A DNA stretch of 47,903 nucleotides from Meyerozyma guilliermondii (lineage: Eukaryota): positions 1,674,001 to 1,721,903 of the forward strand of contig CP128817.1 of assembly GCA_051546255.1 (NCBI GenBank), read 5' to 3'. The position numbers were made by a program, and so were the translations under genes. The notes under the pieces were generated by a model. It ran no database searches, was not told where the DNA came from, and saw nothing but the letters and a program-made list of their open reading frames with translations. Below, one piece after another: positions 18,387 through 27,124 of this stretch (within the stretch, counting starts at the first letter, position 1; each line of letters begins with the position of its first letter).

Positions 18387-19844
18387 TCAAAAAATGTACC
18401 CGTAGGTAGCGTCGAGCATAGGATCGTTTTCGTCGGTATAGAACCTGGAGAAGAGCTGGCGACTAAGGTCAATGTACTCGGATGTTCCCTGGTCATGGAG
18501 CCACATGACAAACTCGTTGAAACTTTCGTTTGGTTCTTTTGAGCTTTTTTGCATTTCAAAAAAACACTCGATGAACCCAGTGGTGTCTTCGTTATCGCCA
18601 ATGTCAAGGTAAAAATGTTGGAAAATGCCTATTGTTGTAAGACAATGGTTGACTTTGTTGCGTAGTTTTGTATCCTTGGTATCAACTATCGCTGCTAGAT
18701 ACTTGGTAACGCTCGTTAGACATCGAAATAAAAATTCGTTTCCTGGAAGAAGAGAATTGAAAACCACTTGGGTAGGATGTGATGGAAATGACAACCAAAC
18801 TTTCATGAACTGGATAATGTGCTGGTATTGGTCCACGGCATTGGACTTGGAACGTACTTCCACTATCAAATTGCGTAGAATATTGCACAACGCCAAGTTG
18901 ATGGAAGGGTGGAATGGGCATGCTGTGATGTGATTTAGCGCTTTTATCACCAATGAAGTGTTAGCATTGGGCACTCTCAGTGGTCGGGCTAGTGCCTCGA
19001 TCATGAGACTATCGTAGTAGCCAACTTTAGACATCAATTCCATATCGTTGATGAAGGCATGCCAGTACCCCATTCGGTATAGAATCCAGAAAGTATCATT
19101 ATTGTCGATTTTCTTGTTGGCGTCCAAGTAGCCAAGGAAGTCGCTGTCGAAATCAGGATGGTAGGTTTCGTCAAAGTGCCAATATTGGTTGAAAAGTATG
19201 GTAGAAAATGCCATGAGTGGACCATTACTATGTTCTCTCAGCTCTTCCTGGAGCCATTGAACAAGCACGGGAACCAACATGTATAGCATTCCCAGGTTGA
19301 ATACTATGAGGTGGATAACATACCCCATCAACAAATCTCGACGATATCCACCGTACAACTGCACTGGTTCCAACTCTAACCATGGATCAATTGTCTCATG
19401 TAGCGAATGGTAGATTCGATGGAGATGGCCAGGAAGGGTCTCTGGGTCAAATAGACTCGACTGGTTAAGCTTGTAGTAGGTAGACCTGGTGGATAATGTT
19501 ATAGATTTACCTAAATTGACACAGCAGAGCATCGATAGTCGAGGTACTCGGTTTGGTCTTTTGACCTCTACGTTCCTTACCACTCCCTGGAAGATCTGGA
19601 AGATGTCGAGGTAACTCTGGTACAAGTCCGGGTCAAGGTATGGTTTGAGCGACGCCAATCGTTGGGTAGAAGTCTTGGGATGGAGAAATGACTTGTGGGG
19701 AGTTTCATATTGAAGATTTGTTTTAGACGGGAAACTGGTGAGCAATTCGTTCAATTGGTGTATTTTGGACTGCAACGGCCTTACTATTCGCTTGCAGCGG
19801 GCTAGATCGATGGGATCGGAGTCCCTGGTCTTACGAGACGTCAT
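18387..19844 (-). CDS. Hypothetical protein (485 aa)
   Basis: Long ORF with an ATG start, divergent from GTB1; no family recognised. Confidence 0.8.
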   Translation of the reverse strand: MTSRKTRDSDPIDLARCKRIVRPLQSKIHQLNELLTSFPSKTNLQYETPHKSFLHPKTSTQRLASLKPYLDPDLYQSYLDIFQIFQGVVRNVEVKRPNRVPRLSMLCCVNLGKSITLSTRSTYYKLNQSSLFDPETLPGHLHRIYHSLHETIDPWLELEPVQLYGGYRRDLLMGYVIHLIVFNLGMLYMLVPVLVQWLQEELREHSNGPLMAFSTILFNQYWHFDETYHPDFDSDFLGYLDANKKIDNNDTFWILYRMGYWHAFINDMELMSKVGYYDSLMIEALARPLRVPNANTSLVIKALNHITACPFHPSINLALCNILRNLIVEVRSKSNAVDQYQHIIQFMKVWLSFPSHPTQVVFNSLLPGNEFLFRCLTSVTKYLAAIVDTKDTKLRNKVNHCLTTIGIFQHFYLDIGDNEDTTGFIECFFEMQKSSKEPNESFNEFVMWLHDQGTSEYIDLSRQLFSRFYTDENDPMLDATYGYIF

Positions 19845-19910
19845 ATTTTAGTTTTCTCAATTTGGTGAGAAATTTCAATTTTCGAATTCATTTCGTTTCC
19901 AGGCTCACTC

Positions 19911-21257
19911 ATGATTTTGGTGCCATTGATAGGAATTTGTGCCCTTATTGCGGGCAGAGTAGATGCTATCAGGGGAGTCGAACCCACTCGTCTTCACTTG
20001 TACGAACCAAGTGTGGAAAATAACGAGAAATATTGGCATTGTCTCAATCATCCTGAAATCAAGTTGAGATTCGATCAGGTTAATGACGACTTTTGCGACT
20101 GTCCTGATGGGTCCGACGAGCCAGGAACAAACGCGTGTCCCTACAATGGCTCCAGCAAGTTTTACTGTGCAAACAATGGTTTTATACCGGGATATCTCGA
20201 GTCGTTTAAGCTCAATGATGGAGTGTGCGACTATGATATTTGCTGTGATGGGTCCGATGAAGCTGAAGGTGTTTGTCCCGACAAGTGCCATGAGATAGCA
20301 CAGCAGTTTCGGAAATTTAGCGACGAGGCTAATAACGACATGAAAATTCTGTTGAAAATAAAGCAAAAATTGCAGCTAGCAGTGCAAAAGAAGGTTGACG
20401 ATATCACGAAAAAGTTGCAAATTTTAAAGGATGAGTTAAAAAAACGCCAGCAGAGAGCCCAGGAGTCACCAGAATCAGCTACAGACGGTTTCACGCTGTC
20501 TTTAAAAGAATTGGCACAACAAATCAAACTCACCAATTCTGCCATCGAGAAACAAAAAAGCACAATTCGCTCTTTAGAAAAGATTCTCAGCACAATGATG
20601 GATAACTATAACCCCAACTTTAACGATCTTGCTGTTAAGGATGCAATCAAATCGTTTCAGGATTATGCTTCCAATAAGGAGGACGTTCAAGTCGGCAATC
20701 TCGAGTCAAAATTGCAACTGGTTTCGCAAGAAGCACAAGCTTTCAGCAGCCCACAAAAGTTAGGAGTATTCTCCCATTATATTAACAAAGCAAAAGACTA
20801 TTTCAAGCTGGAACCGGTAATTCTTGAAATGGAAGACGATGAAGACATTACAGCCATTAAGCAAGATATAAGCATCTACGAAGAACAGTTGAACCGAAAC
20901 TACGGTCCAGATGACATTTTGCGTGCTATCGAAGGAACATGGGTGTCTGAATCACTCAATGGATATACCTACAAAGTTGGGTTGTTGGCATCGATATACC
21001 AGGAAGATATTCACATTGGTTCGTATAAAGCTGCCGAAGGTACGAAACTTATATATAAAGATGGCAGTAAATGCTGGAATGGACCACGCCGAAGTGCAAT
21101 TGTCGAGTTGGTTTGTGGGCCCCAAAACAGGCTTCTTTCCGTTGCTGAACCAGAAAAGTGTGCTTACACTTTTGAAGTTATGACCCCGGTGGTCTGCGAC
21201 TCTCTCACCCACGAAGATTTGCTTGCAAATTTCCACATAGATTACGATAGTTTATAA
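19911..21257 (+). CDS. GTB1: Glucosidase II beta subunit
   Basis: Signal peptide, G2B motif VNDDFCDCPDGSDEPGTNAC...NDGVCDYDICCDGSDE, coiled coil, and C-terminal MRH domain (GSKCWNGPRRSA...EPEKCAY). Confidence 0.95.
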   Translation: MILVPLIGICALIAGRVDAIRGVEPTRLHLYEPSVENNEKYWHCLNHPEIKLRFDQVNDDFCDCPDGSDEPGTNACPYNGSSKFYCANNGFIPGYLESFKLNDGVCDYDICCDGSDEAEGVCPDKCHEIAQQFRKFSDEANNDMKILLKIKQKLQLAVQKKVDDITKKLQILKDELKKRQQRAQESPESATDGFTLSLKELAQQIKLTNSAIEKQKSTIRSLEKILSTMMDNYNPNFNDLAVKDAIKSFQDYASNKEDVQVGNLESKLQLVSQEAQAFSSPQKLGVFSHYINKAKDYFKLEPVILEMEDDEDITAIKQDISIYEEQLNRNYGPDDILRAIEGTWVSESLNGYTYKVGLLASIYQEDIHIGSYKAAEGTKLIYKDGSKCWNGPRRSAIVELVCGPQNRLLSVAEPEKCAYTFEVMTPVVCDSLTHEDLLANFHIDYDSL

Positions 21258-21263
21258 GTCGTA

Positions 21264-22478
21264 CTAGTCGAATCTAATTTTCTTTCCTGTGAATTTGGCA
21301 GTAATGGTCTTTTCTGCCAATTTTTTGGCTTGCCATGAAGGATGCAACTTTTCTTCTACCAGAGCCGTCTTTTCACTTCGATCACCAAGTGGCTGGTTAT
21401 TGGAGCCAGTAGGCTCTGCTTGTCGCTTCATTTGCCGTTTTCTTTCTCTTTCTTCGTATTCGAGTTGTCTCTGTTCTCTTTCCGATGCCAATCTTGTACG
21501 CTCTTCTTTAATATGCTTGGCTTCTTTGCCGTACTTTTGTGCCCATATTTTTTGTCTTGCTCGTTGACCTCTTCTGTTCTTGCGTCGTTCAGTCACACTC
21601 TTGACCACTTGGTCTTCGTCAATGTCTGAACCGTCGTCGTCTGAGCCACCAGAAAAGTACCCGGTTGCCAATTGTGGAAGATTATACTTTTGAGTTGCGG
21701 ATTCTGGCTCCGATTTGGAGTCGGATTCTGGTTCAGATTCTGGCTCAGATTCGACATCTGAGGTCTTGGAATGGGCAGCTGGCTCATCGGATTCCAAGTC
21801 TGAGTCGGAAGAGTAGGCGATTCTGTTGTCTTCGTCGTCTTCATTCTCATTGTCCAGATCACTGTTTTCTGTCTTTGAGGATTTCTGGTGGAGGGATTTC
21901 TCCTGTTTGGTGATATTACCTCGTACTACTCGGAAAGTCCATTCCATTTCGCTAACGAAGGCTTTTATGCTTTTTTTGTTAAACAAGTTGGATATTATCT
22001 TGTTGCGATTCTTATCGTCTTTGCAGTAGGTGTTGAAAAATCCAGAAGGATTTGAGGTATGAGACTTGTCGGTGATGATGCTTCTGATCTCCTCGGGGAT
22101 ATACTGTGGGGGGTTCTCCTTGAGTTGTTTTGTCGGTAGCATGGCAGTGGTTATGGCTTTGATGACGCGAGACACCACGAGTTTGTCGAGGATTTCTGGC
22201 TCCAAAATATCCTTTGAGCCAGAGTTAGGTTTGAGGAGTTTCTTGGTCTCTCTATGGAGTTTTTTCACACACGCATGGTACTTTTTGCCAAATATTTCGT
22301 GCTTTAACTGGTGAATCTGATTTTCGGCTTCGTTAGCATTGGGGAGTTTTTTCATCAATTTCTCATTGTGACGGGCCCCCAAGAGTTTTTTGGTGTTTCT
22401 GTACCTCGGGGAAGCGTTGTGGAACTTGACTTCGAGGAGATCCAACTTCCACATCAATTTCCCGCTGGAATCCGACAT
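21264..22478 (-). CDS. BUD22: Ribosome biogenesis factor Bud22
   Basis: MWKLDLLE start, YNLPQLATGYFSGGSDD, RKNRRGQRARQKIWAQKYGKEAKH, LHPSWQAKK and C-terminal FTGKKIRFD. Confidence 0.92.
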   Translation of the reverse strand: MSDSSGKLMWKLDLLEVKFHNASPRYRNTKKLLGARHNEKLMKKLPNANEAENQIHQLKHEIFGKKYHACVKKLHRETKKLLKPNSGSKDILEPEILDKLVVSRVIKAITTAMLPTKQLKENPPQYIPEEIRSIITDKSHTSNPSGFFNTYCKDDKNRNKIISNLFNKKSIKAFVSEMEWTFRVVRGNITKQEKSLHQKSSKTENSDLDNENEDDEDNRIAYSSDSDLESDEPAAHSKTSDVESEPESEPESDSKSEPESATQKYNLPQLATGYFSGGSDDDGSDIDEDQVVKSVTERRKNRRGQRARQKIWAQKYGKEAKHIKEERTRLASEREQRQLEYEERERKRQMKRQAEPTGSNNQPLGDRSEKTALVEEKLHPSWQAKKLAEKTITAKFTGKKIRFD

Positions 22479-22526
22479 GGTTAACTCTATAATTTTTCGC
22501 ATCGCACATTTTGGAACCTCATCGCG
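22479..22526. promoter_or_regulatory. 48-bp bidirectional ribosome-biogenesis promoter with a PAC element
   Basis: CTCATCGC (GCGATGAG on -) at 22518-22525 and an RRPE-like AATTTTTCG at 22491-22499, between the divergent BUD22 and TRM13 ATGs. Confidence 0.6.
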
Positions 22527-23711
22527 ATGACTATGGAGACGGAGCCCGATGCCAAACGACAAAAAATCGAGCCACAAATTGAGACTCTGCGATGTGAGTT
22601 CTGGATGGAGAAGAAGAAGCGCCAGTGTGGCATGCAGAAGAAAGCTGGGCTGAAGCTTTGCACGGAACATATGGCGCAACTCGATGGAGACGACGAGCGG
22701 GTTCCATGTCCATTGGATTCAAAACACACTGTTAAAGTTCGAGATATGAAGAAACACTTACTGAAATGCAATGCCCGACCCAAGGAGAAGGATCTGTGGT
22801 TTTGTGAGGATATAAATTTGCATTTGGACGAAAGTACCCATGATGTAGAAGACGACCACGATGAGCATCACTACTTTGATTTACTCAAGCAATTGGAGTT
22901 TGAAGAGCTCCCGTCCCATATATGTTCCCATGAGGGCTTGCTGAAGAAGTTGGGAGAGGTTTTGAACCAGAAACATGCATTGCAACAATCGTCGTTGATA
23001 GGTAATTTAAAGCGGTTGAACCAACTATCTACAGATACTTTTTACATGGAGTATGGATGTGGAAAGGGAGAGCTTTCCCGGTACGTCAATTTGTGTGCTA
23101 TGAGAGAATCGGAGGGCCAAAGTTCAGGTTATGGATTTGGGTTTATAGACCGGGGTGTCAATCGTCAGAAAGTTGATAACCGGCTTATCAAAGACTGCAA
23201 AGAAAAAGGTATAACCCCAATTGTCAAACGGTCAAGAATAGATATCAAAGATCTTGATGTGTCCAAGTTTCTACAGGCCACGAATGCTGAGAAAGTCATG
23301 ATAATATCGAAGCATTTGTGTGGGGTAGCCACAGACTTGACTCTCTGTCTGGTTCTCAAGTCAGATTTAATATCCAAGTCACAATTTCAAGGCATGCTAA
23401 TAGCCATGTGTTGCCGCCATGTGTGTAGCTATGCGCTGCTTTTGCCGGAATCTAAGCGGTATTTGGCATGTATGGGATTTCCCAGTTCTAAATCATTTGA
23501 CGTTCTTAAAAAGGCAGTTTCATGGGCAGTTTCTGGAGACGATCTGGATAAAGCCAAACTAGGACTTGTGGCACGACGTATAATTGACGAAAGCAGGGCC
23601 ATTGCTATGCAAAAAAGACTAAAGAATTACAATGTGGAATTGTTCAAGTACGTCGAACGGTCTACAACGCTTGAAAATGTGTGTCTCAGCATCACGAATG
23701 CCTCAGCTTGA
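22527..23711 (+). CDS. TRM13: tRNA:m(4)X 2'-O-methyltransferase
   Basis: CCCH finger (CEFW..KKKRQC..CTEH), CHHC finger (RVPCPLDSKHTV..MKKHLLKC), HALQQSSLIG, EYGCGKGELS, RIDIKDL, SKHLCGVATDLTL and IAMCCRH. Confidence 0.93.
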   Translation: MTMETEPDAKRQKIEPQIETLRCEFWMEKKKRQCGMQKKAGLKLCTEHMAQLDGDDERVPCPLDSKHTVKVRDMKKHLLKCNARPKEKDLWFCEDINLHLDESTHDVEDDHDEHHYFDLLKQLEFEELPSHICSHEGLLKKLGEVLNQKHALQQSSLIGNLKRLNQLSTDTFYMEYGCGKGELSRYVNLCAMRESEGQSSGYGFGFIDRGVNRQKVDNRLIKDCKEKGITPIVKRSRIDIKDLDVSKFLQATNAEKVMIISKHLCGVATDLTLCLVLKSDLISKSQFQGMLIAMCCRHVCSYALLLPESKRYLACMGFPSSKSFDVLKKAVSWAVSGDDLDKAKLGLVARRIIDESRAIAMQKRLKNYNVELFKYVERSTTLENVCLSITNASA

Positions 23712-23776
23712 AAACTACATTCTGATTTTACAACCTCGTCTACATTTTTTCCACGATTATTATTATCTAGCAAACA

Positions 23777-24280
23777 TTAGATCTTGTCTTCAGACACACC
23801 ATGCTTCCAGATAACCACGTATGGAGTAGTACCATCCTCACGGTAGTTCAACATCACAATCATTCCATCGGGGTCCATGCTCTCACCGGTGTAGAAGTCC
23901 CAGTCGTTGAAAGATCCAATCACTTTCTTGACGTAAGCGGCAGCTCCCTTCTCAAACTTTTCAACCTCATCAGGGTTCTTTTCTTGCAAGTGTTGCTTGA
24001 CTTTCTTCATGTATCCCTTGATGAAAGTGAGGAAAGACTTCTTGTCAAAAGCAGTCAGTTGCAATCTGAAAGAGTAAACAACGTTGTTGACGGTTTCAGC
24101 AGCGTCGTCCAATTCTTCAGCTCCATCCTCAGCAGATGGGTTGGCACCAATATCAACGTCACCACCGGAAACGGTCACCATGGCACAGTCAGCTTCGTAC
24201 ACGACATCGTCGATCAACTGAGGGTCGTAAGCGTCCGACAACAATTCGTCACCTGAGAAAATGTCCTTGTAGATAATCAT
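23777..24280 (-). CDS. TMA19: Translationally controlled tumour protein (TCTP) homolog
   Basis: MIIYKDIFSGDELLSDAY, DIGANPSAE and FYTGESMDPDGM; 167 aa from ATG 24280. Confidence 0.97.
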   Translation of the reverse strand: MIIYKDIFSGDELLSDAYDPQLIDDVVYEADCAMVTVSGGDVDIGANPSAEDGAEELDDAAETVNNVVYSFRLQLTAFDKKSFLTFIKGYMKKVKQHLQEKNPDEVEKFEKGAAAYVKKVIGSFNDWDFYTGESMDPDGMIVMLNYREDGTTPYVVIWKHGVSEDKI

Positions 24281-24570
24281 TGTAAAGGTAAAGTAATTTT
24301 TTTTTCGCCTTGTAAATTTTTTTTTCACGGTGCGTCGAGTTACCCGGCGGGCGCAACGTGGGAAAGGTTGCAAATGCATATGGAGAATGTGTAAGTTTCT
24401 GTTTTTATAGCTTCTTCACTACTTATATTCATTACTCTTGACCATTCTACTTTCGCTTTCTTTTGTTTCTCATTAATACAGTATTTTACATTTTTCATAC
24501 TTTCACCATTTTCCACTACTTGTTCCACTTTCCATATTTCAACTCTTCGTTATTCATTATCTTACATATA

Positions 24571-26985
24571 CTACAATAATACAAACTCACCGGAAAATGC
24601 CCGATCCAACCAGGTGAGCAATCTATCATAAACCACATTGTTACCGTTGTGGTACGAAATCGAATGGTCCGAGTCAGGAAACACCATGAAATCAAAATTC
24701 TCCACCGCCGCTAAATTATATTCGTCAATTAGCTCCAATGTGTTTTGAAAATGGACATTATCGTCGCCAGACCCATGCATAATGAGAAACCTTGTCACAT
24801 CCTTGAATTGAGTAACATTGTGAATCGAAGCTGTCTGATATCCATCTGGGTTCTCCTGCGGTGTCCGCATGTACCTTTCGGTGTAAATGGAGTCATAGAG
24901 TTTCCATTTGGTTACTGGTGCCACTGCTGCTCCGTACGAGAATACTGAGCCTGCGTCCGTTTCCAAGGTTTTCAAGGTGAGGAAACCTCCATAAGACCAG
25001 CCCCAAATAGCCATACGACTGGAGTCTACATAAGACTTTCGACTCCAAATTTTAGCAGCTGCAATCTGGTCAATCGGCTCGTAGTGTCCCAAGTGGTCTC
25101 TGACACAGAACTTAAAATTGGAATCTCCATACGAATTGAAACCAGTGCCTCTTCCGTCTACGGTGACAACAATTGCATCTAATTCTGCCGCTGCCAAAGC
25201 ACTGAAATCTACCGAGAAAGACTTGGTAACCATCTGCGATCCTGGTCCTCCATAAACATAAAACAAGACGGGGTACTGTTTGGATGAGTCGAAGTTTAGT
25301 GGGAAGGTTTCTTTGGCATTTGCTTTAATGTCGTTACCATCTTCATCTTTTCCGAGAAAAATCACCAGATACTCGACTCGAGGGACCTGGTGAGTGTTTA
25401 ATGTGTTCTTCAATTCGTCATTGGTCTCGACGTACTTGATGTGCTTGTGTGTGTGAAGATCCACAAGCTCTTGATACGGAACCTTGGGCCCTTGATAAGT
25501 CAAGAGAAGATAGCGCGATCCTGATGAAATTGAAGCAGAGTACCATCCTTCTTCCTCTGTATCGGTGATCTCGTTAATCGAAGATTCACCTTCTAACAAG
25601 TTGACTGAATACAAGTGTCTCTCAACTGACGATTTTTTGGTTCCAATGAAATACACCTGGTTACGTTCCTCATCAAATGCTTTAACTCCACCAACAACTT
25701 CCCAGTTACCCTTGGTGAGTATCTTTGGATGAGGGTTGTCTGGGGGAGAAAAGTATGCCAAATGATTGTAGCCGTCAACCACCACGGTGTCGATGTATCC
25801 GTCGTGGTTCCTGCCCACGGCTTTATTCTTGGTAATATAACGGGTGTTCGTCAGAACTTCAAACCATGATTTTTCCGCTTTGTGCTGGCGAACTTTTTTA
25901 GGTGTCTTTTGAGCAGCATCCACCAAGAAGATTTCAAGAATATCGCTGGCTCGATTGCTCGTTTTCACCAATACATTGTCGTCAGAAACCCAAAGAACCT
26001 CAGTGATAAGGTACTCAGGCAAAGACGAGAGAAATATATTGGAGACAGAAGATGCGTCGTTAACGTCAGCCACAACCAATTCAACAACAGGGTTGGGGTA
26101 GCCTGCCTTAGGGTACTTGATATTACGTACCTCAGGGTAATCCTTGTCTTGTTGAACGTAGTACTGAATAGGATACTCAGGAACCTCGGTATCGTTCAGC
26201 TTCAAAAATGCAATTTTATCACCTTCAGGAGACCACCAAAGAACGATATCACTGGAAAACACTTCCTCTTCATACACCCAGTCCGGCTTACCATTAAAAA
26301 CGTTGGCATTGCCATCGTGAGTGAACCTAGTGACCTCGTTCAGCCGCTTGACGTAAACGTCGTTTTGGTAGACAAATGCTATAGCGTCCGATTTGGGGGA
26401 CCAGCTTGTCACCGCGAGCGGTTCAGGATACACAGGCTCGATAATCTGGCTGGCAACATCCAAGGTCCAGTATAAGGCAAAAGTCGAATGTCTCCAATTG
26501 TGAGTGACATTTGTTCTAAGAATAGCCTTGGTCAAATCGGGAGATGCTGTGAGTCCTTCAACCGTATAGGTTTTTCCGTCGTAAACAAAGTCGGTGGAGT
26601 TGAAAAGAACATATTCGTAGCTCTCGTCAATGATAGACTTGATCACATGCGACGAGTCATGGGTCAATACAAAAGTGCCGTCCATGGTGCGATCATGAAT
26701 CCATTGAACAGAGGTAAATTCTGGTCGGAAAAGCCCATCACGGTATGAAGAAACATTGAGCCGTGGTCCCTGAATCTTTGAATGACGATGATCATACAAC
26801 AAGGGCGGCGGGGCATTTTTGAGATATTGCTCAATTTGAGCCGGGGAAGGATGAATATGAAAATTGGATATGGTGATGAGAAGAAACAGCACACCCCATA
26901 CTAGTATGCCTAGGAGCGCACCCGAGTATAGGTAGCGCCTGGAGGAGACACCGGCACGGCCTATAGGCTCGTACTTGTCATTCAT
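24571..26985 (-). CDS. DAP2: Dipeptidyl aminopeptidase B (S9B family, type II membrane protein)
   Basis: Short cytosolic N-tail plus TM, DWVYEEEV, nucleophile motif GWSYGG, DDNVHFQN and DSDHSI. Start placed at MNDKYEP; the short tail favours Dap2 over Ste13. Confidence 0.85.
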   Translation of the reverse strand: MNDKYEPIGRAGVSSRRYLYSGALLGILVWGVLFLLITISNFHIHPSPAQIEQYLKNAPPPLLYDHRHSKIQGPRLNVSSYRDGLFRPEFTSVQWIHDRTMDGTFVLTHDSSHVIKSIIDESYEYVLFNSTDFVYDGKTYTVEGLTASPDLTKAILRTNVTHNWRHSTFALYWTLDVASQIIEPVYPEPLAVTSWSPKSDAIAFVYQNDVYVKRLNEVTRFTHDGNANVFNGKPDWVYEEEVFSSDIVLWWSPEGDKIAFLKLNDTEVPEYPIQYYVQQDKDYPEVRNIKYPKAGYPNPVVELVVADVNDASSVSNIFLSSLPEYLITEVLWVSDDNVLVKTSNRASDILEIFLVDAAQKTPKKVRQHKAEKSWFEVLTNTRYITKNKAVGRNHDGYIDTVVVDGYNHLAYFSPPDNPHPKILTKGNWEVVGGVKAFDEERNQVYFIGTKKSSVERHLYSVNLLEGESSINEITDTEEEGWYSASISSGSRYLLLTYQGPKVPYQELVDLHTHKHIKYVETNDELKNTLNTHQVPRVEYLVIFLGKDEDGNDIKANAKETFPLNFDSSKQYPVLFYVYGGPGSQMVTKSFSVDFSALAAAELDAIVVTVDGRGTGFNSYGDSNFKFCVRDHLGHYEPIDQIAAAKIWSRKSYVDSSRMAIWGWSYGGFLTLKTLETDAGSVFSYGAAVAPVTKWKLYDSIYTERYMRTPQENPDGYQTASIHNVTQFKDVTRFLIMHGSGDDNVHFQNTLELIDEYNLAAVENFDFMVFPDSDHSISYHNGNNVVYDRLLTWLDRAFSGEFVLL

Positions 26986-27040
26986 GGAAGGCTGGCTGAG
27001 AGGAATTTCAAAATGTGAAAGATGCGAATTATATTGTACA

Positions 27041-27070
27041 CTGTATGTAGGATGTCTGTATGTAGGATGT
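27041..27070. repeat. Perfect 15-bp tandem duplication CTGTATGTAGGATGT x2
   Basis: Read directly between the SLN1 stop and the DAP2 start. Confidence 0.85.
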
Positions 27071-27124
27071 GCTGCATGTAACCTTACACCATTAACGTTG
27101 TAGCACATACTTCACTAATCTGAA

